Assembly (NCBI GenBank): GCA_017479785.1
Contig: JAFVBT010000083.1
Coordinates: 1 to 50,296 of the forward strand
Length of the DNA stretch: 50,296 nucleotides
Origin: Alphaproteobacteria bacterium
GTDB lineage: Bacteria > Pseudomonadota > Alphaproteobacteria > RF32 > CAG-239
Reading direction: 5' to 3'
In this document: positions 19,726 to 27,415 of the stretch, piece after piece
Position numbering within the stretch: position 1 is the first letter of the stretch
Layout: every line of letters begins with the position of its first letter
Notes under the pieces: generated by a model
The model's database searches: none
The model's input: only the letters and a program-made list of their open reading frames with translations
Told to the model about the DNA's origin: nothing
Made by a program: the position numbers and the translations under genes

Positions 19726-20700
19726 TTATTTTTCTTCCAAATTCCAAGTTGTTTTGATAATTTCATCAATATCGGTATATTGCGGTTGCCAACCGAGTAA
19801 TTTTTGCGCTAACGCATTTGAAGCAACAACTACGGCCGGATCTCCGGAACGTCTTGGTGCAAAATCGTATTTTATTTTACGACCTGTTACACGTTCAGCC
19901 GCCCGAATAATTTCCAGAACCGAAGTTCCTTTGTTTGTTGCCAGATTAATAATATGCGATTGCGGATTCGTCAACAATTTTTTGATTGCGGCAATGTGTG
20001 CCCGCGCCAGATCTTCTACATGAATATAATCACGAACGCAGGTGCCGTCCGGTGTGTCATAATCATTGCCGAATACATGAATAATATCGCGTTTTCCAGT
20101 GGCAACTTCCATAACAATCGGTAACAGATTTTGCGGATTTTTTTCTTTCCCGCGAATGCTGCCGTCAGTCGCATAGCCGACCGCGTTAAAATAGCGCAGA
20201 GCAATAAAGTGAAAATCCTTCAAGCGGCTGTACCAATCCATAATACGCTCAATTTCGGCTTTGGTAAATCCGTAAAAGTTCAAAGGATTCAGCGAATGCT
20301 TTTCATCTAAAGGCAAATATTGCGGTATTCCGTAAACGGCTGCGGTTGAGGAAAATACAACGTTTTTAATGCCGTTATTAACCATTGCATTAAAGATGTT
20401 GATAGAACCGTTAATATTGTTGAGGGAATATTTTTGCGGATTCTCCATAGATTCGCCGACGGCTTTTTTGGCAGCCAAATGCACCACGGCATCAAAGCCG
20501 ACGGCCATTGTTTGATTGAGCTTTTTTTCGTCTGAAATATCGCCTTTGATAAAGTCGGCCTCATTGAAAAGATTACAAAGTTGTCCGGTGGATAAGTTGT
20601 CATAAACCGTGACGGAAAAATTTTCTTCAAGCAAAGCTTTAACAACGTGACTGCCTATATATCCTGCACCGCCGATAACCAAAATTTTTTGTTTTGACAT
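19726..20700 (-). CDS. galE: UDP-glucose 4-epimerase
   Basis: GGAGYIGSH Rossmann motif and YGFTK catalytic YxxxK. ATG at 20700 with a GAGGGA SD. The track start at 20751 is a GTG extension. Confidence 0.92.
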   Translation of the reverse strand: MSKQKILVIGGAGYIGSHVVKALLEENFSVTVYDNLSTGQLCNLFNEADFIKGDISDEKKLNQTMAVGFDAVVHLAAKKAVGESMENPQKYSLNNINGSINIFNAMVNNGIKNVVFSSTAAVYGIPQYLPLDEKHSLNPLNFYGFTKAEIERIMDWYSRLKDFHFIALRYFNAVGYATDGSIRGKEKNPQNLLPIVMEVATGKRDIIHVFGNDYDTPDGTCVRDYIHVEDLARAHIAAIKKLLTNPQSHIINLATNKGTSVLEIIRAAERVTGRKIKYDFAPRRSGDPAVVVASNALAQKLLGWQPQYTDIDEIIKTTWNLEEK

Positions 20701-20743
20701 TGTTTTTCCCTCATAAAATCGTATCTTGTGCAATTTATACCCG

Positions 20744-20752
20744 TTATCCACA
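20744..20752 (+). promoter_or_regulatory. consensus DnaA box TTATCCACA in the galE/dnaB divergent spacer
   Basis: Exact 9-mer. It overlaps the right arm of a 9-bp inverted repeat (20722-20730 / 20749-20757). Confidence 0.4.
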
Positions 20753-20837
20753 AGATAAAAAATATTTCACTAAACATTCCAAACGAAATACCTATAACTA
20801 AAATAAATTAAAAAATTTTATATGCAAGGATAAAAAA

Positions 20838-22310
20838 ATGGAAAAACCCGATATGACGAAACTGCCGAAGAATATTGAGGCAGAGCAGGCTCTTTTAGGA
20901 GCTTTGTTGGCAAACAATCGTGCTTACGAAAAAATATCGGATTTACTTAAACCGGAGTATTTCGCTGATTCCACACATCAGAGAATATATGCGGTAATTG
21001 CCAAGTTGTTGGGCAAAGACCATACGGCTGATGTCATCACCTTAAGAGATTATTTTACGCAAGAAGGGACCTTGGAACAGGTCGGCGGTTTTCCGTATTT
21101 GGTGAAATTGGCGGAAAGTGCGTCACCGCTGACAAATGTGGAACACTATGCACAATTTATTTACGACAAATATTTGCGGCGCGAACTTATCGGCACGGGT
21201 TATGAAATTGTCAATAATGCCATGACCGAAAAGTTAGATGAAACAGCACTTGATCAAATTGCCGAAGCGGAAAAATCTTTGTATAATTTGGCTGATCAGG
21301 GAACGGTGCAGGGCGGATTTGTTGATTTTTCGGCCGCTCTCAATTCTTCGCTTAACAATATACAGGAGGCATATCAGAAAGAAGGCGGTATTTCGGGGGT
21401 GCCGACCGGATTAAATCAGCTTGATTATAAAATCGGCGGTTTAAATCCGTCGGAATTGATTATCATTGCCGGTCGTCCGGCTATGGGTAAAACATCGCTC
21501 GGAACAAATATTGCCTATAATGTAGCGGAATTTTTTGCTCACGATAAAAATACACCGCCGGAAAATCGCGGGGTGGCTTTCTTTTCGTTGGAAATGTCGT
21601 GCGAAGAATTGGCGGCACGCGTGCTGTCAACCGTAACGCAAACATCAAGTCATCGCATGCGTACTGGCAATTTGGACGAGTCGGAATTTACGCGTATTGT
21701 CGCGGCTACCCGCGAATTAAACAATATTCCGCTGTATATTGACGACACGCCTGGTGCCAGCATTAATACCATCAGAGCCAGAGCGCGCCGCTTAAAGCGC
21801 AGCAAAGGTCTCGGGTTGGTTGTAATTGATTATATTCAACTTATCGGCGGAACCGGCGATAAAAAGAGTGAAGGCAATCGTGTGCAGGAAGTTTCGGAAA
21901 TTTCGCGCGGCTTGAAAATATTGGCCAAAGAACTGAAAATTCCGGTTATTGCTTTGTCACAATTAAACCGCAGTGTTGAATCGCGTGAAGATAAACAACC
22001 TCAAATGTCAGACCTGCGTGAATCCGGCTCAATTGAGCAAGATGCCGATATTGTTATGTTTGTATTCCGCGAAAATTATTACATCCACAATGCTGAGCCG
22101 AAGCAAAAAGAAGATGAATCGGCCGAAGCTTTTGCTAAGAAACATGCCGAATGGGAAATCAGAGACAGACAAACCGCTAATTTGGCCGATGTTATTATCG
22201 GTAAGCAACGACATGGTCCGACCGGCACGGTTAAACTTTATTGGAACGGCGAATACACTCAGTTCGGTAATTTGGCTGAAGATGATAAACTGCCGGAGCG
22301 TCACGGATAG
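20838..22310 (+). CDS. dnaB: replicative DNA helicase DnaB
   Basis: 490 aa. N-terminal NIEAEQALLGALL and Walker A GRPAMGKTS. Confidence 0.96.
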   Translation: MEKPDMTKLPKNIEAEQALLGALLANNRAYEKISDLLKPEYFADSTHQRIYAVIAKLLGKDHTADVITLRDYFTQEGTLEQVGGFPYLVKLAESASPLTNVEHYAQFIYDKYLRRELIGTGYEIVNNAMTEKLDETALDQIAEAEKSLYNLADQGTVQGGFVDFSAALNSSLNNIQEAYQKEGGISGVPTGLNQLDYKIGGLNPSELIIIAGRPAMGKTSLGTNIAYNVAEFFAHDKNTPPENRGVAFFSLEMSCEELAARVLSTVTQTSSHRMRTGNLDESEFTRIVAATRELNNIPLYIDDTPGASINTIRARARRLKRSKGLGLVVIDYIQLIGGTGDKKSEGNRVQEVSEISRGLKILAKELKIPVIALSQLNRSVESREDKQPQMSDLRESGSIEQDADIVMFVFRENYYIHNAEPKQKEDESAEAFAKKHAEWEIRDRQTANLADVIIGKQRHGPTGTVKLYWNGEYTQFGNLAEDDKLPERHG

Positions 22311-22315
22311 AAAGA

Positions 22316-22819
22316 ATGGAAGAAAAATTTGAAATAGAAGAAGATTTTAATCCGCAGGAACGTGTTGATTTTTTTGCTGCTTTGGAGCCGGAGTTTTGGA
22401 AGCATAAAAAACTTGAAGAAATGTCTCAAAGTGAGTGGGAGGCTCTTTGCGACGGGTGTGGCAAATGTTGTTTAAATAAGTTGGAAATCAAAAATAGGGT
22501 TTATTTTACGAATGCGCATTGTCGTTTTTTGGATTGTCAAAGCTGTTTATGTAAAATTTATCCGCATCGTTTTGAAGTTGTGCCGGACTGCCGCAATATT
22601 GATTTGGCTTCCGTGCGCGAACATCCGCGTTGGTTGCCGAAAACGTGCGCTTATTTGCTGTTGGATAATGGATATGATTTGCCTTCTTGGCACCCGCTTA
22701 AAACAAAAAGTGCCGACAGTGTGCATCAGGCAAAAATGTCATTAAAAGGACGTAAGCTTATCAACGAATCAAAGGTGAAAGATTATGAAGATCACATTGT
22801 TGACTGGCAAGACCTTTGA
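22316..22819 (+). CDS. ycgN: YcgN/UPF0260-family Cys-rich protein
   Basis: CDGCGKCCLNK motif, with length and layout typical of YcgN. Confidence 0.8.
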   Translation: MEEKFEIEEDFNPQERVDFFAALEPEFWKHKKLEEMSQSEWEALCDGCGKCCLNKLEIKNRVYFTNAHCRFLDCQSCLCKIYPHRFEVVPDCRNIDLASVREHPRWLPKTCAYLLLDNGYDLPSWHPLKTKSADSVHQAKMSLKGRKLINESKVKDYEDHIVDWQDL

Positions 22820-23495
22820 TATCAGTGAGGCTTTTGATTTTGATATAAAAATCGTGCAATCTTCGGTTAGCCGAAAGTTGACGTTGCGTATTGATGCCAA
22901 AGAGCATATCCCGGTTTTAAGCATACCTAAATATTGCAGTCAAAAGCGCGCGGTTGCTTTTGTGAACGAAAATATGGATTGGATTGTTAATTCTTTGGGC
23001 AGATTACCGCAGATTAAGCAATTTGCCGACGGCGATTCTTTTTTATTGTTCGGGCAGAAGGTGACAATTAGGCATAATGCCGATGCCAGACGCGGTGTTT
23101 GGCTGGAAGATAATATATTGAATGTATCGGGAAATCAGGAGTTTTTGCACCGTCGTGTGCGGGATTATATTAAAAAACGTGCCGCTGATGAGTTTTATAA
23201 AATTTCAGCCGATTATGCAAAACGACTCGGGCAAAAATTAAGCGGAGTAAGCATTAAAGATACAAAATCGCGTTGGGGAAGTTGTTCTGTTTTACACCAC
23301 ATTAATTACAGTTGGCGCATTGCTTTGGCACCCGATTACGTTATTGATTATTTAATGGCCCACGAAGTTTCTCACTTGAAACATCCTGACCATTCTCCAC
23401 GCTTTTGGGCATGTGTGGCCGATTTATACCCCGATTGGAAACAAGGACATGATTGGTTGAAAAAGCACGGAAAATCATTGTATTCGTATGCCTAA
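22785..23495 (+). CDS. M48-family/YgjP-like (DUF45) metal-dependent hydrolase
   Basis: HEVSHLKHPDHSPRFW zinc motif. 236 aa. 35-nt overlap with ycgN. Confidence 0.8.
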   Translation: MKITLLTGKTFDISEAFDFDIKIVQSSVSRKLTLRIDAKEHIPVLSIPKYCSQKRAVAFVNENMDWIVNSLGRLPQIKQFADGDSFLLFGQKVTIRHNADARRGVWLEDNILNVSGNQEFLHRRVRDYIKKRAADEFYKISADYAKRLGQKLSGVSIKDTKSRWGSCSVLHHINYSWRIALAPDYVIDYLMAHEVSHLKHPDHSPRFWACVADLYPDWKQGHDWLKKHGKSLYSYA

Positions 23496-23529
23496 ATAAC
23501 AGTTTAAGACTTTTTTTACCATAAAGTAC

Positions 23530-23557
23530 TTGACAGACAGAACTTTTTTCCTAAAAT
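23530..23557 (+). promoter_or_regulatory. candidate sigma70 promoter of second OMP gene
   Basis: TTGACA (23530-23535), 16-nt spacer, TAAAAT (23552-23557). Confidence 0.5.
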
Positions 23558-23612
23558 TAGGGCAGGTACATTGATTGTATCTTTTTGTTCAACAATGACA
23601 AAGGAATGGTCT

Positions 23613-24233
23613 ATGAAAAAGTTTTTATTATTGGCAGGCGTAGCTTGCTTGTTTGGTGCAAATGCCAACGCTTTTGATTTTAATCAATATATTTCCGGTA
23701 AACTTTCTTATGATGTAAACAAAGTTACCTCAAGAAGTAAGATTGACGGCGAGAAAGACAGAACTCGTAAAACAAAAGAATTGATTTCTTCTCACGTAGC
23801 TTATGGTATATACAAAGGTCATCTTCGCGGTGAATTGGAATTGAACAATTCTCACCCGATTAAATTCGGTGCTACGGATGGTGAACACACCTCACACTTT
23901 ACATTGTATAAGTTCAGCTTGATGGCTAACGGTTACTATGACTTTGTAAATTGTTCAAAGTGGACACCTTATGTTGGTGCCGGTTTAGGTATGTCTTGGT
24001 TGAAGGCAAGAATGGTTGAAGGTGATACAAAGATATTGAACAAGCATGTAAATAACTTGGCATGGCAAGTTATGGCCGGTGTTGTATATCAAATTGACAA
24101 TCGTTGGGCAATTGATGCCGGATATCGTTATGCCGATTTAGGTCGCGTACGCAAAAACTTGGGTGGCGGAAACGTTGCTAAGTTTGCTACAAGAGAACAT
24201 GACTTTATGCTCGGTGTAAGATTGTCTTTCTAA
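23613..24233 (+). CDS. small outer-membrane beta-barrel protein, paralog of 4411..5031
   Basis: ATG 23613 with an AAGGAA SD. Signal peptide MKKFLLLAGVACLFGANANA. C-terminal ...GVRLSF. The track start at 23571 is an upstream extension. Confidence 0.8.
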   Translation: MKKFLLLAGVACLFGANANAFDFNQYISGKLSYDVNKVTSRSKIDGEKDRTRKTKELISSHVAYGIYKGHLRGELELNNSHPIKFGATDGEHTSHFTLYKFSLMANGYYDFVNCSKWTPYVGAGLGMSWLKARMVEGDTKILNKHVNNLAWQVMAGVVYQIDNRWAIDAGYRYADLGRVRKNLGGGNVAKFATREHDFMLGVRLSF

Positions 24234-24256
24234 TTGTCTTAGAAAACTTAAATTTA

Positions 24257-24286
24257 AAAGGGGTGCTTTCGGCACCTCTTTTTTTT
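24257..24286 (+). terminator. Rho-independent terminator
   Basis: AAAAGGGGTGC-TTTCG-GCACCTCTTTT followed by a T-run. Confidence 0.7.
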
Positions 24287-24374
24287 GTGTCTTTTCGGTA
24301 TAAACGAAAGTTTTATTGCAAGATAACAGTCTGCTGATTATCTCCAAATTTGATAAAACAATAAGGGGGTATAT

Positions 24375-24863
24375 ATGTGCAAATCGGTAATAATTTTCGC
24401 GGCATCACTGGTTGCAATCATCGGATTTTGCGGCTATCAGGTTTCCGTTGCAAATGCGGATAATGCCGAAACTTTTTTAATTGCCGGAGCACAAACACCT
24501 GTTCAAGATATTTATAAACAGCAAGGAGATGAGCAAATGGCAGATGAAAATATGCAGACATCGGCGGAAATTAAAAAACAAAAATATGCCGGAGCGTGGG
24601 ATAAAACCAAAGAGTTCAGCGGTGAAGCCTGGGATAAAACCAAAGAATTAAGCGGTGAAGCATGGGGTAAAACCAAAGAGTTCAGTGCTGCTGTGTGGGA
24701 TAAAACCAAAGAATTGAGCACAGAGGCTTGGGGAACTACCAAAGAAGCTGCTGATTATATTCATGATGCAATAATGTGTGATGAATGTTGCAATAAAGAG
24801 CATATTCACACGAAGCATCAAGAAAAAATACATGTATCCGAGTCTGAAGAAGAAATAAATTAG
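24375..24863 (+). CDS. secreted 11-mer-repeat protein with Cys/His-rich tail
   Basis: AAGGGGG SD. Signal-like N-terminus. Five tandem 11-aa repeats (AWDKTKEFSGE-like). Tail CDECCNKEHIHTKHQEKIH. Confidence 0.7.
   Translation: MCKSVIIFAASLVAIIGFCGYQVSVANADNAETFLIAGAQTPVQDIYKQQGDEQMADENMQTSAEIKKQKYAGAWDKTKEFSGEAWDKTKELSGEAWGKTKEFSAAVWDKTKELSTEAWGTTKEAADYIHDAIMCDECCNKEHIHTKHQEKIHVSESEEEIN
24594..24758 (+). repeat. 5 x 33-bp in-frame tandem repeat (coding)
   Basis: Units gcgtgggataaaaccaaagagttcagcggtgaa, gcctgggataaaaccaaagaattaagcggtgaa, and so on, read directly from the sequence. Confidence 0.9.
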
Positions 24864-24894
24864 AAATGTTATAAAATTTTTAAGGAGAAATAAA

Positions 24895-25398
24895 ATGGGT
24901 GAAATGGCAAAAAAAATTGTAAAAATAGATTTGGATAATTTAATCGGTACATTAAACGAAGCATATGCCGAAGAATGGTTAGCATATTACCAATATTGGC
25001 TTGGGGCTAAGGTTGCAATAGGGTTGCAACGGTCTGATTTGGTGGAAGAATTTGTGGAACACGCCAAAGAGGAGTTAAAACATGCCGGATGGATTGCTGA
25101 TCGCATTATTCAGTTGGGCGGGACACCTTTGCTGCGTCCGTCAGAATGGGAAGAGAAAGCCCATTGTAAATATTTGGCACCGGATAATTTTGATGTGGCA
25201 TCGTTACTACACGATAATTTGGAGGCTGAACGTTGTGCCATCGGGCGTTATGAAGGGTTATGCATGGAAACCGACGGGCATGATTATGAAACCTTCCGAA
25301 TTTCAGAGAAAATCTTAAAAGAAGAATTGGAACACGAGCAGGAACTGGAAGATTTTGTGGCAGATTTGGAAATGGCAAAGAGATTTATACAAGAATAG
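24895..25398 (+). CDS. ferritin-like di-iron protein (Dps-like/bacterioferritin-like)
   Basis: Four-helix ferritin-like pattern with E...EELKH and LEAE...EELEHE ligand motifs. 167 aa. Confidence 0.75.
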   Translation: MGEMAKKIVKIDLDNLIGTLNEAYAEEWLAYYQYWLGAKVAIGLQRSDLVEEFVEHAKEELKHAGWIADRIIQLGGTPLLRPSEWEEKAHCKYLAPDNFDVASLLHDNLEAERCAIGRYEGLCMETDGHDYETFRISEKILKEELEHEQELEDFVADLEMAKRFIQE

Positions 25399-25481
25399 CG
25401 GCTGCAATTTAAATTAAATATATCTTAAACATTAAACGTTATATTCCTTATAAACATGGTTCAATTTATAAGGTAACGACA

Positions 25482-26090
25482 ATGAAAAATATATTTAAAA
25501 CAATGTTTTTGGCCGCAGTGGCCTTGAGTTTAAATGCGTGTTCTACCATGACAAACAATCATGCGGCACCTGAACGCTACAGTGATTTGCATTTTGATAA
25601 TAAAAAGCCGATACAGTTGATGGTAAAGACAATAAATGTCAAATCCGAGTTTTCACCGTCGTTTACCCGACCGAATGTTGAACATTTGTTTCCGGTATCT
25701 ATTGAAAAAACGGCAAAAACATGGGCCCAAGAGCGTTTGGAAGCAGCCGACTTTTCATCCAATCGTACGGCAGAATTTATTATTCAAGATGCCAGTGTGA
25801 CCGAGCATGAAGAAAAAGCCGAGCAACTTTTAATGAAAGATCGCTTGAAATATCATGCAAATTTGAAAGTCACATTGGTGGTTTTGGATAATAAAGCGTC
25901 GGGACAGGCAACTGTTGAAGCTTACCGTGAGTTAACAATGCCTATTGACACAAACATTGAAGATAAGGAAAAGCACTGGAACGAAATGGTTGTGAAGTTG
26001 TTCCAAGCCTTTGATGAACGTATGGATGCCGATATTCACCAATATCTGAATATGTATATCAAAAACAACAATTCAATTACATCTTTCTGA
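25482..26090 (+). CDS. hypothetical lipoprotein
   Basis: Lipobox ...ALSLNAC at the end of a signal peptide. 202 aa. No family recognised. Confidence 0.7.
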   Translation: MKNIFKTMFLAAVALSLNACSTMTNNHAAPERYSDLHFDNKKPIQLMVKTINVKSEFSPSFTRPNVEHLFPVSIEKTAKTWAQERLEAADFSSNRTAEFIIQDASVTEHEEKAEQLLMKDRLKYHANLKVTLVVLDNKASGQATVEAYRELTMPIDTNIEDKEKHWNEMVVKLFQAFDERMDADIHQYLNMYIKNNNSITSF

Positions 26091-26109
26091 TAAAAAAATT
26101 TTTGCGCAT

Positions 26110-26134
26110 GAGCCCGAACAGGGCTCTTTTTTTT
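26110..26134 (+). terminator. Rho-independent terminator
   Basis: GAGCCC-GAACA-GGGCTC followed by T8. Confidence 0.75.
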
Positions 26135-26153
26135 GCGGTTTTTGTTTTCGGAC

Positions 26154-26181
26154 TTGTAATTTTTTGAAAAATCTTTAATAT
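26154..26181 (+). promoter_or_regulatory. candidate sigma70 promoter of sRNA/leader
   Basis: TTGTAA (26154-26159), 16-nt spacer, TAATAT (26176-26181). Confidence 0.45.
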
Positions 26182-26187
26182 GGTTCT

Positions 26188-26334
26188 TGTCGGCGAGAGG
26201 TCGTCGGCGGAGTATCACAACTCCTCACGCGAAATAAACTCCTCTACGACGGGGAGATGGTTGAATATATTGAATAGACCATACTGTTCGTGTGCAGTTG
26301 TGAACTCCCCGACCGAATTTTCGGTCGGTTTTTG
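26188..26334 (+). ncRNA. candidate sRNA or leader with two CUCCUC anti-SD motifs
   Basis: Bounded by the promoter above and the terminator CCGACCGA-AUUU-UCGGUCGG plus U5 (26309-26333). AACUCCUC lies at 26219-26226 and AACUCCUCU at 26237-26245. The overlapping track ORF 26180..26518 looks non-coding. Confidence 0.5.
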
Positions 26335-26367
26335 TTTTGCTTTTAACAAAAAGAGGAGTTCCAAACG

Positions 26368-26673
26368 ATGTCAACAAAACCTTTTAATTTGGATAAACAG
26401 ACTATCCGCGAAATCGGGCGCGAATTATGGCGTATGCGCCAAGAAAAACACATGTATATACATGCTGTCGCGAGGCGTACTAATCTTCCCGAACGTATCA
26501 TTGAAGGCATGGAAATAGGAAAATTTATTAAATTTTCCGCTATTCGTCGTCTGACTGAATTTTACGGTAAAAAAATGCGCATTACGTTTGAAGACCAGAT
26601 AGTGATGATGCAAAAAAAAGCACCGGTTTCGTGCCGATGCCTTTTGCAAAATGATTTATCTGCGAAGAATTAA
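26368..26673 (+). CDS. small XRE-type helix-turn-helix protein
   Basis: AGAGGAG SD. 101 aa. HTH-like segment HMYIHAVARRTNLPERIIEGMEIG. The 3' end overlaps the hsp20 stop. Confidence 0.55.
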   Translation: MSTKPFNLDKQTIREIGRELWRMRQEKHMYIHAVARRTNLPERIIEGMEIGKFIKFSAIRRLTEFYGKKMRITFEDQIVMMQKKAPVSCRCLLQNDLSAKN

Positions 26674-27158
26674 TTTTTAGAAGATTTCACTTCTATTTTC
26701 TTAAACTTCTGCTTTTCTTCCGTGGATTTCGGAATGGAAACATTGAGCACACCGTTATTGTATGTCGCGGTGGCTTTGTTATAATCCAAATCCCACGGTA
26801 ACGGAATGGTGCGCTTAAACATGCCGTATGTAATTTCGGAAAAATAAGCGTCTTTTTCCGTTTTTTCATAGGTATTTTTCTTCTCACCGCAGAATGAAAG
26901 GTATCCGTCGGATGAAACTTTTAAATCCAAACTTTTTTCATCTATCCCCGGCAATTCTGCCATCACATTAACGGCTTCCTTGTTTTCGGTTACCTGAATG
27001 CGCGGTTCGGCCTCAGATGCGGTAATGTCCGTATGAAAAGCAGGTGTATCAAAATAATTCCAAAAATAATTCATCAAATTTGAAAATTCGTTAGCGCGTG
27101 TTGTCGGTATAAAATCCTGATAACCGCGCGCAGAATTTGTTGAAACCATATTTTTCAT
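26670..27158 (-). CDS. Hsp20/alpha-crystallin small heat-shock protein
   Basis: 162 aa. Alpha-crystallin domain with ...A.Y.NGVLNVSIPK. Confidence 0.92.
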   Translation of the reverse strand: MKNMVSTNSARGYQDFIPTTRANEFSNLMNYFWNYFDTPAFHTDITASEAEPRIQVTENKEAVNVMAELPGIDEKSLDLKVSSDGYLSFCGEKKNTYEKTEKDAYFSEITYGMFKRTIPLPWDLDYNKATATYNNGVLNVSIPKSTEEKQKFKKIEVKSSKN

Positions 27159-27166
27159 ACCATCAC

Positions 27167-27301
27167 CTATTCACTGATTTCAACATCAAGTTCCTCTTCA
27201 TAAGCACTTCCTTTTTGCGAACAGCCGCAACCGCCGGCATTATGCGAAGAAGAAGTTTGACAAGAAGGTTTGCCGGATGAAGATTTTTTATTGATTTTCA
27301 T
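27167..27301 (-). CDS. unannotated 44-aa Cys-containing small ORF upstream of hsp20
   Basis: AAAGGAGA SD 6 nt before the ATG at 27301. Peptide MKINKKSSSGKPSCQTSSSHNAGGCGCSQKGSAYEEELDVEISE. The stop lies 8 nt before the hsp20 ATG. Below the 60-aa cutoff of the track. Confidence 0.5.
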   Translation of the reverse strand: MKINKKSSSGKPSCQTSSSHNAGGCGCSQKGSAYEEELDVEISE

Positions 27302-27329
27302 AGAATTTCTCCTTTATTTTGTTAAACAC

Positions 27330-27352
27330 TGCAAAATCATTTATGTTTTGCA
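27330..27352 (-). promoter_or_regulatory. inverted repeat TGCAAAA-N9-TTTTGCA upstream of the small ORF/hsp20 unit
   Basis: Perfect 7-bp arms with a 9-nt spacer. It could be an operator or a weak terminator of the upstream oxidoreductase gene. Confidence 0.3.
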
Positions 27353-27415
27353 ACATAGAAAATAAATATGAAAATCCGCAAAAAAAGGTATCTATTTTGT
27401 CAGTTATACCAATGG

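Noticed and set aside
24594-24758. Possible CRISPR-like or intergenic tandem repeat
   Set aside because: The 33-bp units are contiguous with no spacers, in frame, and lie inside an SD-preceded ORF. It is a coding repeat, not a CRISPR array. No cas genes are present in the window.
26180-26518. 112-aa plus-strand ORF covering the candidate sRNA and part of the HTH gene
   Set aside because: It starts within the promoter/TSS region, reads through a strong intrinsic terminator, and is out of frame with the SD-preceded ORF at 26368. Its composition looks non-coding.
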